47,907 bases of DNA, from positions 1-47,907 of the forward strand of contig JYFJ02002978.1 of assembly GCA_000934665.2 (NCBI GenBank), in the 5' to 3' direction. This DNA comes from Catajapyx aquilonaris. Taxonomy: Eukaryota. The notes under the pieces are model-generated. The model was not told the origin of the DNA. It ran no database searches and saw only the letters and a list, made by a program, of their open reading frames with translations. This document shows, in pieces, positions 1-11,351 of the stretch. The translations under genes and the position numbers were made by a program. Each line of letters starts with the position of its first letter. Positions within the stretch are counted from its first letter, which is position 1.

Positions 1-169
1 CGGTATGCAGGAGGGGGGGGAGGGAAGGGAGGGGGTGAGGAGATGAGAACGTGGGGAGGGCAGGAGGAGCACCAGCATAACTGATGGAAATTCAAAGTAA
101 AAAGTAATCCGTGTTAAAAATGCCGCATCTGGTCAGCAGCAGCAGACTTCGTGAAAATAATTTTTTTTT

Positions 170-564
170 AGCATTTAGACTCGAAAAAGTGCCGTTTTCA
201 GATTTATTCTGGTGTTTGTTTGACAAGATCTACCAGCATACCAAATTTCAGCATCCTAGGACCACTGGAAGTGCCGTATAATTTTGATGATCAGTCAGTC
301 AGTGAGTCAGTGAGTGAGTGAGTGTCATATTTTGACCGTTTCGGGAGATTTTAGGATTTTTTAAGTCGGAAATGAAAAGAGATATGAACATGGGAGTAAA
401 GGGGTATTATTTTTAATCGATTTTTATCTACCCAAATAAAAATTTTGAAGCCACGTGTGTTCACCAGTGCGAAGATTCGAGGGGGTCAAAATGACGTGAG
501 TTGTGTCGGGTAAAGGTGGTCCGGCAGTGCGGCGAGAACTTGGCGGGGGCACTGCCGTGCCCCC
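170..564. mobile_element. Non-autonomous Helitron/Helentron-type (DINE-1/HINE-like) element; left boundary uncertain
   Basis: Internal (CAGT/GAGT)n microsatellite at 291-324. Terminal 8-bp hairpin GGGGGCAC-TGCC-GTGCCCCC at 545-564. Short inverted repeat CGGCAGTGC (522-530) / GCACTGCCG (549-557). This architecture resembles insect non-autonomous rolling-circle elements (recalled, not searched). Confidence 0.55.
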
Positions 565-821
565 TAATAATTATTATAACAAAACAGGAGTAATCACACG
601 TCCTCTTTTGAAAATGCCCCTTTCATATTAATTAAAATAATGATTTGAATTCCATGCAACTGTAAGCAGCAGTAACCATTCAAATTGGCACGGTTGCGTA
701 GAGCTTTACTCCGACATTTCAAGTCTATTTATACACCTGAGTGCACAGCACCTTCTGCGTTGTCTTTATTTTGGCCATTGTTGCACAATGAGCATAAAAC
801 AGAGACAACGATAATAATTAC

Positions 822-1910
822 CGATAATGCAGCTGTCCAAAGGCCTAGTATTATTCGAGAGCCCATCATGCAAGTTGGGTTTGTGTCGTTCTCAGAGAAT
901 CTTGGGTCGTCCGAAATCTCATCGTCCAGGGCGGATTGCAATTTGGTTTTTTCGTCGACGCTCATTGGTTGGTTTTGAAATACTGGCAGAACTTCCAGGA
1001 AGGATATGCAGGTGTCTATATCGGGTTTTCCATCCTCGGTCAACTGATAAAGCAAAGTATAATTAATTTCAAGAACAGTTCATTGCTACGATGATTTTTT
1101 TTTTTTTGGGGTTTTTTTTGGGGGGGGGGGGTCTGTTATGATGTTTTTTAAAACGGTGGCAACTCACCAAACCCAAGCGTTTGGCAATGCATCCATCTAA
1201 ACACTGAAAATATAAGAATAATACGTAGTGGTATGACCTTATTCGATCAGATGCTTATACAGGAAACCGGCTTTACTTTCTTGTCAGCCTCGTTCCCAAA
1301 ATCTTGATCATGCATCATTCTTCCCGTACAGTTGTAGGACTCTGCATTGGTGTCCTTCGTGATCCATTCCAGTTGACAAGGTAGCACCAGGTCCAGATCC
1401 CTCGCACACTGGTCGAGGCTCCTCAGAAAACCAGTGTGGCCACCTAGCAAGCATTGCTGAGCGACAAAAAATTCAGGAAAGGAACGGCAACAAATAAAAT
1501 ACAGTATATGCTGCTGAAGTCGAATCTTCTGCTATGCCTCACAGGAATCTAAGATATAACTATATTCTTTCATACGCTATATACCGGCATTGGAAGAAAT
1601 AATGCTGACTGGCTTCTAAAATGCCTCATTCGAGAAAAGGGGAAATACGCGTACGAGTACGAGGCCTGATTGTGAATAGAACATTCTCATACCTTGAATA
1701 CTGCAGGGTAATGCAGATCAATGCAGAGAGATTCTTCGTCATCAGTGAGTTCATCCTTAGCATCTTCTGGAACCTGGGTGTACGTGTGTACAATACACAA
1801 GTTATTAGAGAGCATTATTTCATAGTTGCGGAAATACTCGCCTGCGATTGACCCTGCTGGGCTCCAGAGAGGGCCAGAAGCGCAAGAAACACGACGTATG
1901 AAAGTTTCAT
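822..1910 (-). CDS. Odorant-binding-protein-like secreted protein, paralog A (3'-incomplete). Exons 1910-1842, 1773-1693, 1456-1277, 1203-1168, 1043-822; final exon not found
   Basis: Signal-peptide exon MKLSYVVFLALLALSGAQQGQSQ. All exon lengths are multiples of 3. Splice sites are GT-AG except a GC donor in intron 1. OBP-type motif KCLDGCIAKRLGLLTEDGKPD. Aligns exon by exon with the two neighbours. Confidence 0.8.
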
Positions 1911-1975
1911 CTCAGTGAACATCCTTTGCCAGCAGGTTTTGGGCTATTGATGTTGATGGCTGGCATGCGAATTGC

Positions 1976-1982
1976 TTTTATA
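1976..1982 (-). promoter_or_regulatory. TATA box of OBP-like paralog A
   Basis: TATAAAA on the - strand ~66 nt upstream of the ATG at 1910. The equivalent position in paralog B reads TATGAAA. Confidence 0.6.
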
Positions 1983-2018
1983 GGCCCTGAATGTGAGGTT
2001 TTTATGCTTCCTGCGTGA

Positions 2019-2085
2019 TTAGGTAAGCGCGTGGTCATCAGCTGGACACCTTGGCGTGACAGAAAACGTCATTTCCTTGCACCTT
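2019..2085 (-). promoter_or_regulatory. Conserved upstream motif block, OBP-like paralog A
   Basis: + strand TTAGGTAAG...TTGGCGTGACA...CGTCATTTCCTTGCACCTT, repeated at the same relative position upstream of paralogs B and C. Confidence 0.6.
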
Positions 2086-3379
2086 GGCCCATGGACTCAA
2101 TACAATTGACAGATTGTATTGTACAATCATGAACAGTGTACTTGCATTATGCTAACACTCACTAATATTACATGCCTGCTTTTCACTAGAACATTCTTGC
2201 ATGCGAACATCGCAACGGTGTGAAATAATGTGAATGTAATGTGCAATATAATATGTTTGTCTGAACCTGTCCGCATACTTACCGATGGAAAAGGAGTCTT
2301 GCTGTCTAAAAATCAGGGAAAAACATGAAAATCTAACTTGTGCAGGATAATAGTTTTGTTAATCGCACCAAACTGTTACGCTGCCGTTTGTATAGCTAAA
2401 CCGCACTGAGTCAGTCACTAAATCAAACATGACGTCGCAGAGAACCACTTGTTGTGACGGTTTGGTAAAAGACATTAGATAAAGGAGGATCGAGATGTAT
2501 AATAAGTAGATTACAAATGGTTAAAGCCACATAACAACCAGTTAAATAATAAGTAAAAATCTTCCCTCAGCAGTGGTGCACCCTTATGCAACAGGCCCTT
2601 CAGTTTTCAAATGTTTGTTTGAACAAGTTAGTGTTGATTTGGACGAGAAGTATACAGGTATTTAAACAATAATATCTGGACATAAATTTTATATAGTCGG
2701 CATACAAGTGAACTCAAAACGGCCAAGAATGGGACTTGGTGTGTTTCACTTGCATGCTGACGAAATATCAGGCCGGCGAGAATTTTGACGGACAAAATGT
2801 CTGCTGGATATTAACTGAACGAGATATCTTGGGACAAAAATATAGTTTGGAAGAAGTTCAGGTATGTAACCAGAGTGAACAAAATACTGTAGTATATACG
2901 TTTGGTTCGATTAAATGTACGGCACCAATCAAGCCAATAATTAGTATACTTATGAGCAGGTAACCATTCTCGATGGCATCATGCAGCGTTTCACTCATTG
3001 GCACATAGTGACAGAAACTTTTGCTCCATCAAAAATGTGTGCAGCACATTGCACATGTATGAGGTGTCTTTGTTATTTAATCGCTTCACAAAATGCAGAT
3101 TATAACATTTAAAAAATATATTTCTTCGCTTGAGAGATCATAATTATTATGCTAATGCTATGCACTGAAAATCTGGAGCGCTTTATTTTATTCACTTGCC
3201 AAGTCAATATTGGGACATGTGAATAATATTGCCCTTTATTAGTTTCAATGCATGAATGTGCCTGTATGCGTGTATTGAGTACAGTTCTAGTAAACTGTCA
3301 AAATAATATTGGTTATAAATAAGAGCAGATAGTAGAGGTGCATCAGCATTAGAATGGTGTTCCTTCAGTGCGAGATGAG

Positions 3380-4918
3380 TTAATCCGCATCCCATAGACT
3401 TGAAAATGGCGTCACGGACTCGTGAGCCCCACTCAGATTCTCTCTGCACACTCTCATTACGCATGTCTGCAGTGCTCTCTGTTGAAAATAGTTATTAGTT
3501 AGAACAGATAAAGAGTATTGACACCCACCTTATAATATTATGAAACTATTATTATACTGTATTATAATTTATTACTTGTTTTTGGAACCCACCAATCAGC
3601 TTGGGAGTATAGCATATATTGGTGGATCCAAGCACAACGAGCGTAAAACACAGGCAACGACAATGATAATTATCACAGTAATGTTACAGTATACTTACAT
3701 CGCGTACCACAGACCAAAGGCTAAGTGAAATTTGACGACCCATGAAGCAAGTTCGGGCTTGCTGGTTCTCGGAGAACTCTTCAGTCGAGGATTCCTTGTC
3801 CAGATAGGATTTCATTTCTGTTCTTTCTTCGGCACTTACTGGTTGGTCTAGAAACACCGGAAGACCATCTACGAAGGATACACAGCCGTCAAGATCAGGT
3901 GTCCCTTCCTCGGACAACTGAGGGGGAAAAAAGCATACAATTAATTGCAGGGAACAACAGCAACACTTTACTAAATCCTTATAAAATAAGCAGCTTAGTG
4001 TCATAGCAATATATTAGTCCCACAAGGTATTTCGGATCACCCTGTATTATGACAGCCTTCAGTGTCTCCGTTTCTGACCTGCTTGTCTACCTCTTCATGG
4101 TTACGAATGGAATATTTTGTCTCCTAAGTTGCTATACAAAGAGGGACTCTCTTACCAAACCAAGGTGTTTGGCGATGCATCCATCTAAGCACTGAAAAAT
4201 ACGAACAATACAGAGTTAGTGAAAAAATGATCTCACATACTTATAGCCTCTATATTATAATATTGAATAAGATGCTGAGAGGGAACTTTACTTTCTTGTC
4301 AGCCTCCTTCCACAAGTCTTCCTCGCCCTCTCTTGCTGTGCAGTTGTTGGAATCCACACTGGTGTCCTTTGTGATCCAGTCCAGCTGACAAGGCAGCACT
4401 AGGTCCAGCTCCTTCGCACATTCGTCAACGCTTCTCAGATAATCAGGGTGGCCACCTAGCAAGCATTGCTTAACGACAAAAAAATTTTGAAAATGAAAGT
4501 TACATAATAAAATGAAGCGACTTCATTAAGTATAATAAGCGCATTTTTTGAATGTTTTGCTGAGTTCATTTTTCACTTGACTGACACTTAATCTAAAATA
4601 TTGTAAATCAGAGAAAAGTGGGTCATCATTATATACGTAATATACCGTAAAGCTCATACCTTAAATACTGCAGGGTAATGCAGATCAACGCATAGAGATG
4701 CTTCTTCATCAGTGAGTCTATCCTTATCATTTTCTGGAGACTGTGTGTGTGCGTGTGCAAGGTAGAGAATTATTTCATTGCGGAAACAGGCCTATGCACA
4801 TTCCCTTTTCTATAGAGTTCAAGGCTATAGAGGTGGTATAAAAACTTGCCTGTGATTTGCCCAAATGGGCTCCAGAGAGGTTCAGCAGAGCAAGAGAGAC
4901 GGCGTACCAGAGCCTCAT
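3380..4918 (-). CDS. Odorant-binding-protein-like secreted protein, paralog B, 226 aa. Exons 4918-4850, 4740-4660, 4468-4292, 4191-4156, 3917-3699, 3478-3380
   Basis: Signal peptide MRLWYAVSLALLNLSGA. Six exons joined by phase-0 introns give an open frame ending RALQTCVMRVC...WDAD*. Motif KCLDGCIAKHLGLLSEEGTPD. AATAAA on the - strand near 3235-3240. Confidence 0.85.
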
Positions 4919-5030
4919 CTCAGTGCCACTGGTATTTTGGGCAATGCTGGATGTTGATGACTTCGCCCGAGAATATTGCTTTCATAGTATAGGCTCTCAC
5001 TATGTGAGGATTGCAGTTTCCTATACTCGA

Positions 5031-5085
5031 TTATGTAAGAGGGTGATCACGCATTGGCGTGACAAGCGTCACTTCCTTCCACCTT
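5031..5085 (-). promoter_or_regulatory. Conserved upstream motif block, OBP-like paralog B
   Basis: + strand TTATGTAAG...TTGGCGTGACA..CGTCACTTCCTTCCACCTT, matching the blocks upstream of A and C. Confidence 0.6.
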
Positions 5086-5481
5086 GACTCATTCACACTG
5101 TGCACAAAATGACGATAATTCTATACACTCATGGGCGTTGATGATTCTATAGAGTAGAACTAGTGACTTCAACAATAAAATACCAATTATTGCAAGCAAA
5201 AAGTCAGTTTTTGCGTTATCTGAGTCAATATTTTTGAGCAGTAACTATCCAGCAGCTCATTGTTGAGATGTGTCTAAATTACCAGTTGGCCACATAATCA
5301 ATGCGATGGCTTTTCAATGACCGGGTCATTTCGCTGTTTGCTAAAGAAAATTAAATAATTGTCGGTGAATTTTAAAAGCAATTATTTTTAATTATCGTAG
5401 TCAGTATAGACTTGTATATACATAACAAATAACATTACACGAACATTCCTAAGTTGTTATGCCCTGTCTTCAAATGTGATA

Positions 5482-6806
5482 TTAATTTACATTATCTCCA
5501 AAACCCCATGAACCTCTAAGGCCTTTTTCTTCATCCAGAATCTTGAACTTGGGACTTCTGAACTTGGGCTCGCATGCTCTCAAAACGCACGTTTCCAATC
5601 CGTTCTGTTAGAAAGGATAATGCATATATTATACAGTAGAAGTAAACTCTTGCTGTGTCAAATGCCGTAGCAGGAAATACGACAGTGAGACATTTTCAAA
5701 TATGTAATATCCAGGCGGAGATATATAGGTCGGTAATTTTGTGTGGGAGAGAAATATTATTTTTGCCTTTACCTCGTACTCTGCATTCCAAAGGCATCGA
5801 ATGATTTGAGAGCCCAACTTGCATTCTGGATCACTGATCTCTGAGGAATTATCAAATGAATAATCATTTTCTATGCAATTTATCAGTTCTTCTCGTATTT
5901 TATCGCTTAATGGTCGGTCTCGAAACATGGGCACTTCCTCCAGGAAGGAGATGCAGGCCTCGGTGTTTAGTGTCCCATCATCAGTTATCTGCATAAAACC
6001 AGGTAAATTAAATTTATTGCAGAACAATCTCTGAGTGCCGATTAATACAGCAGACATCCTTGTCGCGCAGCTGAGAAAACGCCGAAGCAAGTTATCCGCA
6101 CCATGAATTAGAAAAGTAATAATGCAGCATCTTTTGTATTTAAAAAATGAGAGTAACTCACCAAATTCATCCGTTTGGCCGTGCAGGCGTCAAAACACTG
6201 AAAGAATGAGGAGATAGTACATTGTTGCAGTGCAGTGAGAGAAGTATATTCACAGGGTCAATAATATTACTTGTAATTATTGCGGATAGTGTTGGCGACT
6301 TACTTTCTCCCTCGCCTGATTCCATCTATTGTATTCGGAGTCTGATTGTCCAGTGCAGTTGTGGTAATCTGTGTCGGCTTCTTCCCTGATCCATTCCAGA
6401 GAGCAAGGCAGATCCAGGGCCAGCTGCTGCGCACACTGGTCAGCGCTTCTCAGATATCCCTGGTTCCAATCTGTTATGCAGTTCTGAAGGACCAGTGTTT
6501 TCATGCCCATGAATTCATCACACACTATATAAAAGACTGGAGATCATACCTTATAAATAGCAGGGTAGAAGAGATCGAAGCACTCCATTATTTCTTCATC
6601 GGACAAGTCATAGTTTTCCTCTTCTGGCTGCATGTGTGTCAAACCAGTGCGAAAAGAAGCATTGTTAATAATGGCACGACCTTCCTATATCCATATCAGA
6701 GTTTGAATGTTTCATATTGCACTATATAGCGACTTGCCTGTGATTTGCAGAATTCAGCTCCAAACAAGGCAAACGCCATCACTATCCATTTCGACTCGAT
6801 CAACAT
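5482..6806 (-). CDS. Odorant-binding-protein-like secreted protein, paralog C, 233 aa. Exons 6806-6738, 6627-6550, 6483-6304, 6197-6162, 5988-5773, 5604-5482
   Basis: Hydrophobic N-terminus MLIESKWIVMAFALFGAEFCKSQ. Full OBP-type six-Cys core C1-x43-C2-x3-C3-x44-C4-x17-C5-x8-C6, including KCFDACTAKRMNLITDDGTLN and CKLGSQIIRC. Seven extra Cys. All introns phase 0. Confidence 0.85.
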
Positions 6807-6889
6807 GCTTGTCCCTTATCAGTTATCACTTATTTTGCACTGCAAAATTGCTCGGTGATGATCTGGCCAGTGACCAGTGATTTACGCTG

Positions 6890-6959
6890 TTAGGTAAGAG
6901 CACGCGATCAGCGCACGAAAAGGCCTTGGTTTGACAATAGACGCCACTTCCTTCCACCT
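6890..6959 (-). promoter_or_regulatory. Conserved upstream motif block, OBP-like paralog C
   Basis: + strand TTAGGTAAG...TTGGTTTGACA...CGCCACTTCCTTCCACCT, matching the blocks upstream of A and B. Confidence 0.55.
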
Positions 6960-9900
6960 CGTCATCTGAGCTGACCCTGATTCTCTTTCCTGTTCAGCAC
7001 ATCACTATAGATTGCACTTACACTATCAAAGACATGCAAGTGGCTGTTCGGCTCTAATCATTTGCTTAGACCGCGCAGCTAATGACAACATAATATACGT
7101 TATATTGTGACGTATGTCTGCCCTTTTTTTATAAAAAAATGGAGTGCAGGACGACGATAAGGTTATAAGTTTAAGAACACGCTGACCTTGTTACAATTTT
7201 ATAACGCCTCGTTTCATAATTTTTTATACAGCATATACATCATTCTGATACCTCCTACCTGTCTGAACACTCATACTGTAGTAAGAAAGATGAAGCACCA
7301 TTGCAAATCTGCGCTCTTTTATTCTGTTAACAATAAAAAGTCACTGTTGTATGTCTTCCGGCAGGTGAAAAAGGTGAAAAAGTCGCGGCTTTGCAGACAA
7401 AAAAGTAGGGTAGGCCCCCAAAAATACCTAAGCCCCAAAAAAACAGGTTTAGTGGAATCCAGAAGCTCCATTCACGTTTTTCCCCTCGTGTATTTTTTTG
7501 AGGAAGTCGCAGTCGGTGGGAAAAATAGCCGGTTGAGGTTAAATTAGGTGCGATTTGTTACCTGCTGGACAGGTGTTGGGGTCAAGTCCTCCCCCATCCA
7601 GCTATATACCTTCCCCACAACCCTCAAAAAAAGAGGAAAGGAAAGAAGAAGAAAAAAATGGCCCGGCTGCCGATGCCTTCTTTCCAATGAAAAGTAATCG
7701 GCACAAAAAGGTCAAAAACATGTCACGGTGACGAGATGGATCACTTCCTCACTTTTGAAGCCCAGGACTCTATGGAAAACTCATTCAAGGATACGCTTCA
7801 AAAATGGGGAAGGAATTTTGCTCACGCCTATAACACTCCGGACATTTGCTGTTCGTTTTCTCAAAGGTGCTGGAAAGGCTGTGGCTCTAACCATCACACC
7901 TTCGTGTTTAATATTTAATGACCATACATTGGACGGTGTTATGCAATAATGACAACAGTTTTGAGAAAATGGGATTTGAATCTGAATGTCACACCTGTTG
8001 AATTAATTCGGCGCCATTTTCGGTGGTAGAAGTATGCAGATTTCGCCAGATTGATTTTAACTGAATCAAGTACATAAAGTTGCCCACTTGTGCCCGGGGA
8101 TTGTTCCAGTTTGTGCCTATTGTTTGCGACCACAGCACAGCCTTGTGTATACAATTTTTTACGAAAATGCATCGGTGTCGCCCCCATACTTTGGGTGGGC
8201 ATCGTTTACCTCAAGGCCTGAGAGACCTTCGTGAGTTTTAATCCCATCCAGAGGTCCGTCTCTCTTCTCTCTTCTTTTTTTTCCTCTTCTCTTTTTCACT
8301 CCCTGGGTTGTTTTGGAAGAAAAGCCCATCCCCCTTTTGGAGGCGAACCATCTGGAAAATAATTCTGCAAAAGTGGACTGGAAAGCAAAGAGCGGGCAAA
8401 GGAACGCAACCCAAGCCCACGAAAAACAGGCTGTTTACCCCGCAGAGACACCATTTTGAGCCCTCAAGGACTCCCTCAAAAACCAAAAGCCCTCCAGGGC
8501 TGGTTGCTCTCTCTCTCTCTCTCAAAAAGACCAAGCCCACCGAGAGTTGTTTTCGAGATTGTCTCCTTTGCACACAAAAGATGTATAGGCTTGAGACCAC
8601 TTCCTCCGCAGATATCAGCTCTCCTCAAAAAAAAAACTGCCAGGCATGTAGGAAACATTAGCTACAAATTTGGAAATATATTTCTCGAAATATGCACTGT
8701 ACATCCAAAGTGTGATGTGGCAACAAACACTGCCAACGACCTTTTTAAACGAAATGAGAGTGTGTCTGAAAAACTTTTGTGGTCGAAAATTTTAACCTGA
8801 TTTATAGTTTTATCTTAATTCTGCATCCCCACAGCTGCTGCTTGATAGAATCGTTTTGGTGAGAGAGTGTCCAAAAAGGCGAGGACAGGACAGATTTGGT
8901 CTTGCCCAAGTCTTGTGATTGACAACCCGGGGGCACCCGAATTTTCCGGGTGGAAAGTGAAGGAAGGGAAAGGACTTCCTTCACGCCCAAATTTTCCACT
9001 CCCTTCTCGACCCACCTACGTGTCAATTACCTCCAAAGAAGCGCAGGAAAACCCACAACCACTACTGCGGTGACACCCTTTGGACCATAATGTTGTTACA
9101 TCCAGCAACCTGTTTTTGTTTTTTTAATTGAAAAAAAGCGTTGCCAGAACTTTCAGAGAAATGTGACCAAAAAAAAGTTGAGTGGCAAAGCTAGTAATCG
9201 GATGACACGTTTGGAGTGTATCATGGACTGCGGGGTCCGGACAAAAAAAGGTGGTAATCCGGAGGCAGCGTGCCAGAAATAGCTTATCCGGTGTCCTTCC
9301 CCATTTCCCCCCCAAATTCACAAGTGGGGGTCCTCCTTCCCCATCATCCATCCATCGGAATCGAAGGGACAAAAATCTCTCCCCAAAATCCGGCTGCTGC
9401 ACGCGCTTGCTTTTTGTGACCGGTCTAAAACTCTGTCCTCCGATGTCCCCTATGGTTGGCCCCCTCCGACCATCGTTTTGCAAAGAAACCCTAATCCGAT
9501 GGCTCAAAAAGGAGAGGATGCGGATTCGGTCGTTTTTAGGTCTCCAAAATTCCTGGCGGCGACTCCTGAACAAAAAGGTTTTCCAGACCCTGTGGGGCCT
9601 ATGCACATGCAGGAGGGGGGGGGGGGGGGGGGANGAGCACGAGCAGGAGATTAGCATATGTTTGATTTCACGCGTGTGCTTTCGGCCCTCCATTCATTGT
9701 TAGGGGGGGGATCTCACTTTTTGTCAACAGACAAAAATATTCATCACTTTTTGCCTTGGTGATGATGTTTGGTCGTTTTACATTGGGGCATATAGTCTGG
9801 TCAGTGGAGAGCATGGATAGTTACATACTTGTGATAAACCTGAAACATCATTTACCTATATATACTGGCCATTTTTCTTCTTCTTTATATAGGCCTGCAT

Positions 9901-10978
9901 AATTATGTGCACTGTCTGAAGAAATTTTCTCAAAATAGTATAAGAAATGATGACTTTTTGAGCAAATGTGATGTACAAGATCTGCCACTGACCTATAGCC
10001 TATATATACGTAAGTTTTAAAAAAACATTACTTTTGACCGCAATGATAAATGAAGACGTTGCTGTAAAGTACGAATAGTAGAAGGGGGGGGGGAGAATCA
10101 TAACACCCATTGCCTCTTATTCATTCTTATTCATAAAAACTGGCTGGATTTGCAAACATGCTGCATAAACTAATTCCTAATTTTTATCGATGTAATTGAA
10201 TGAAGAATTACGCAATTTATATCAATTTATAAGATATTCGAAAACCCTGCAAGAGCACTTGATGAATCAGCTTTCTTTTATGATCCTCTTTCAATACACA
10301 TGTGCACCCACAATATTTCTGAAATTAATAACGCTTTTGAATCAATCCAAGAAATAATTTTTTTTCCTTCCCGGTCCATGATTTTGATTCTGGAAAAGGA
10401 TGATAAAAATGTGGCATAATGAATGGGACTTGCAAACGCGTGTGGGGCAGCGTGCGTCGCATTATGTCGGGAGAGAAAAAAAAGGGTGTCCAGGTGACCG
10501 GGAGGGTGGGCAATTCTTTTTATTTATATATATTTTTTTGTCCAGGCAAGCAGCACAGGAGCAGAGGTTTTAGGGGAGGTCGGTCGGGTGTGGTGTGGGT
10601 CGGACTCCGCACTTTTCCAGCATTCGAAATGGAAAAGTGGGATGTTTTTGAAAAGAAACCGAAGGGAGATTTTGGGCAGTTTTCGACTGAATTGTGGGCC
10701 CGAACCGACGGCTTTTTCGGAGGGGGTGGTCCCTATTGGAAAAGAGAAGGGGGGGGGGGGGGNTCTCTCTTTCTTTCTTTCTCTCCTTTTCTCTTTTTTT
10801 TTTGACCCCCCACCCCCACCTCTCACCCTCCTTCTGACGGTCCAAAAGAGGCTGGTGCTGGCAGCAGGCCTGCCGGCTGCCTGTTTTCGCCACGTTGCCA
10901 TTTTTTTGGCAGTTTTTTTTTCGACTATGCATAGTCCACATTGAATTACTGCATATTCATTTTATATGTAATCAACAG

Positions 10979-11202
10979 GGGCCGAATTCAGAGAGGTTGC
11001 TTAACGTAAACGCGCCCGATTAAATCCTTAATAGTCATCCTCGATTAGCAAATTTAAAAGTGCTAGCAAGTGCGATTAAGGGGCGTTTAGCGCTAATCGC
11101 CGTCTTTGTATTAGCAGGTTGGTTAAATTTGCTAATCGAGGATGCGGACTAAAGGATTTAATCGGGCGCGTTTACGTTAAGCAACCTCTCTGAATTCGGC
11201 CC
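10979..11202. mobile_element. MITE, PIF/Harbinger-like, full-length copy (224 bp)
   Basis: Long terminal inverted repeats GGGCCGAATTCAGAGAGGTTGCTTAACGTAAACGCGCCCGATTAAATCCTT... Flanked by a 3-bp direct repeat CAG (10976-10978, 11203-11205). Second copy at 23198-23397. Confidence 0.85.
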
Positions 11203-11259
11203 CAGATGCATCATTATCAGACTCACGCAGCAGTGTTGGGTTTCTCTTATACATACTCA

Positions 11260-11351
11260 TGGGGTGGAATTTTCCTCCCACTGTTGTAGTTACTGCTAAC
11301 TTAGCGACGCTAAGTTAGCAGTAACTAGCAGTGGGACAAAAATTCCACCCA
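11260..11351. repeat. Near-perfect palindrome (collapsed MITE-like foldback)
   Basis: Perfect 20-bp arms TAGTTACTGCTAACTTAGCG-A-CGCTAAGTTAGCAGTAACTA (11287-11327), extended by imperfect arms GGGTGGAATTTT...TCCCACTG / CAGTGGGA...AAAATTCCACCC. Confidence 0.85.

Noticed and set aside
685..978. + strand ORFs over the OBP-like genes (also 6346-6729)
   Set aside because: Antisense shadows of real - strand exons.
3204..3464. ORF MRNESVQRESEWGSRV... as the last exon of paralog B
   Set aside because: Wrong frame. The phase-0 frame RALQTCVMRVC matches paralog C's NGLETCVLRAC.
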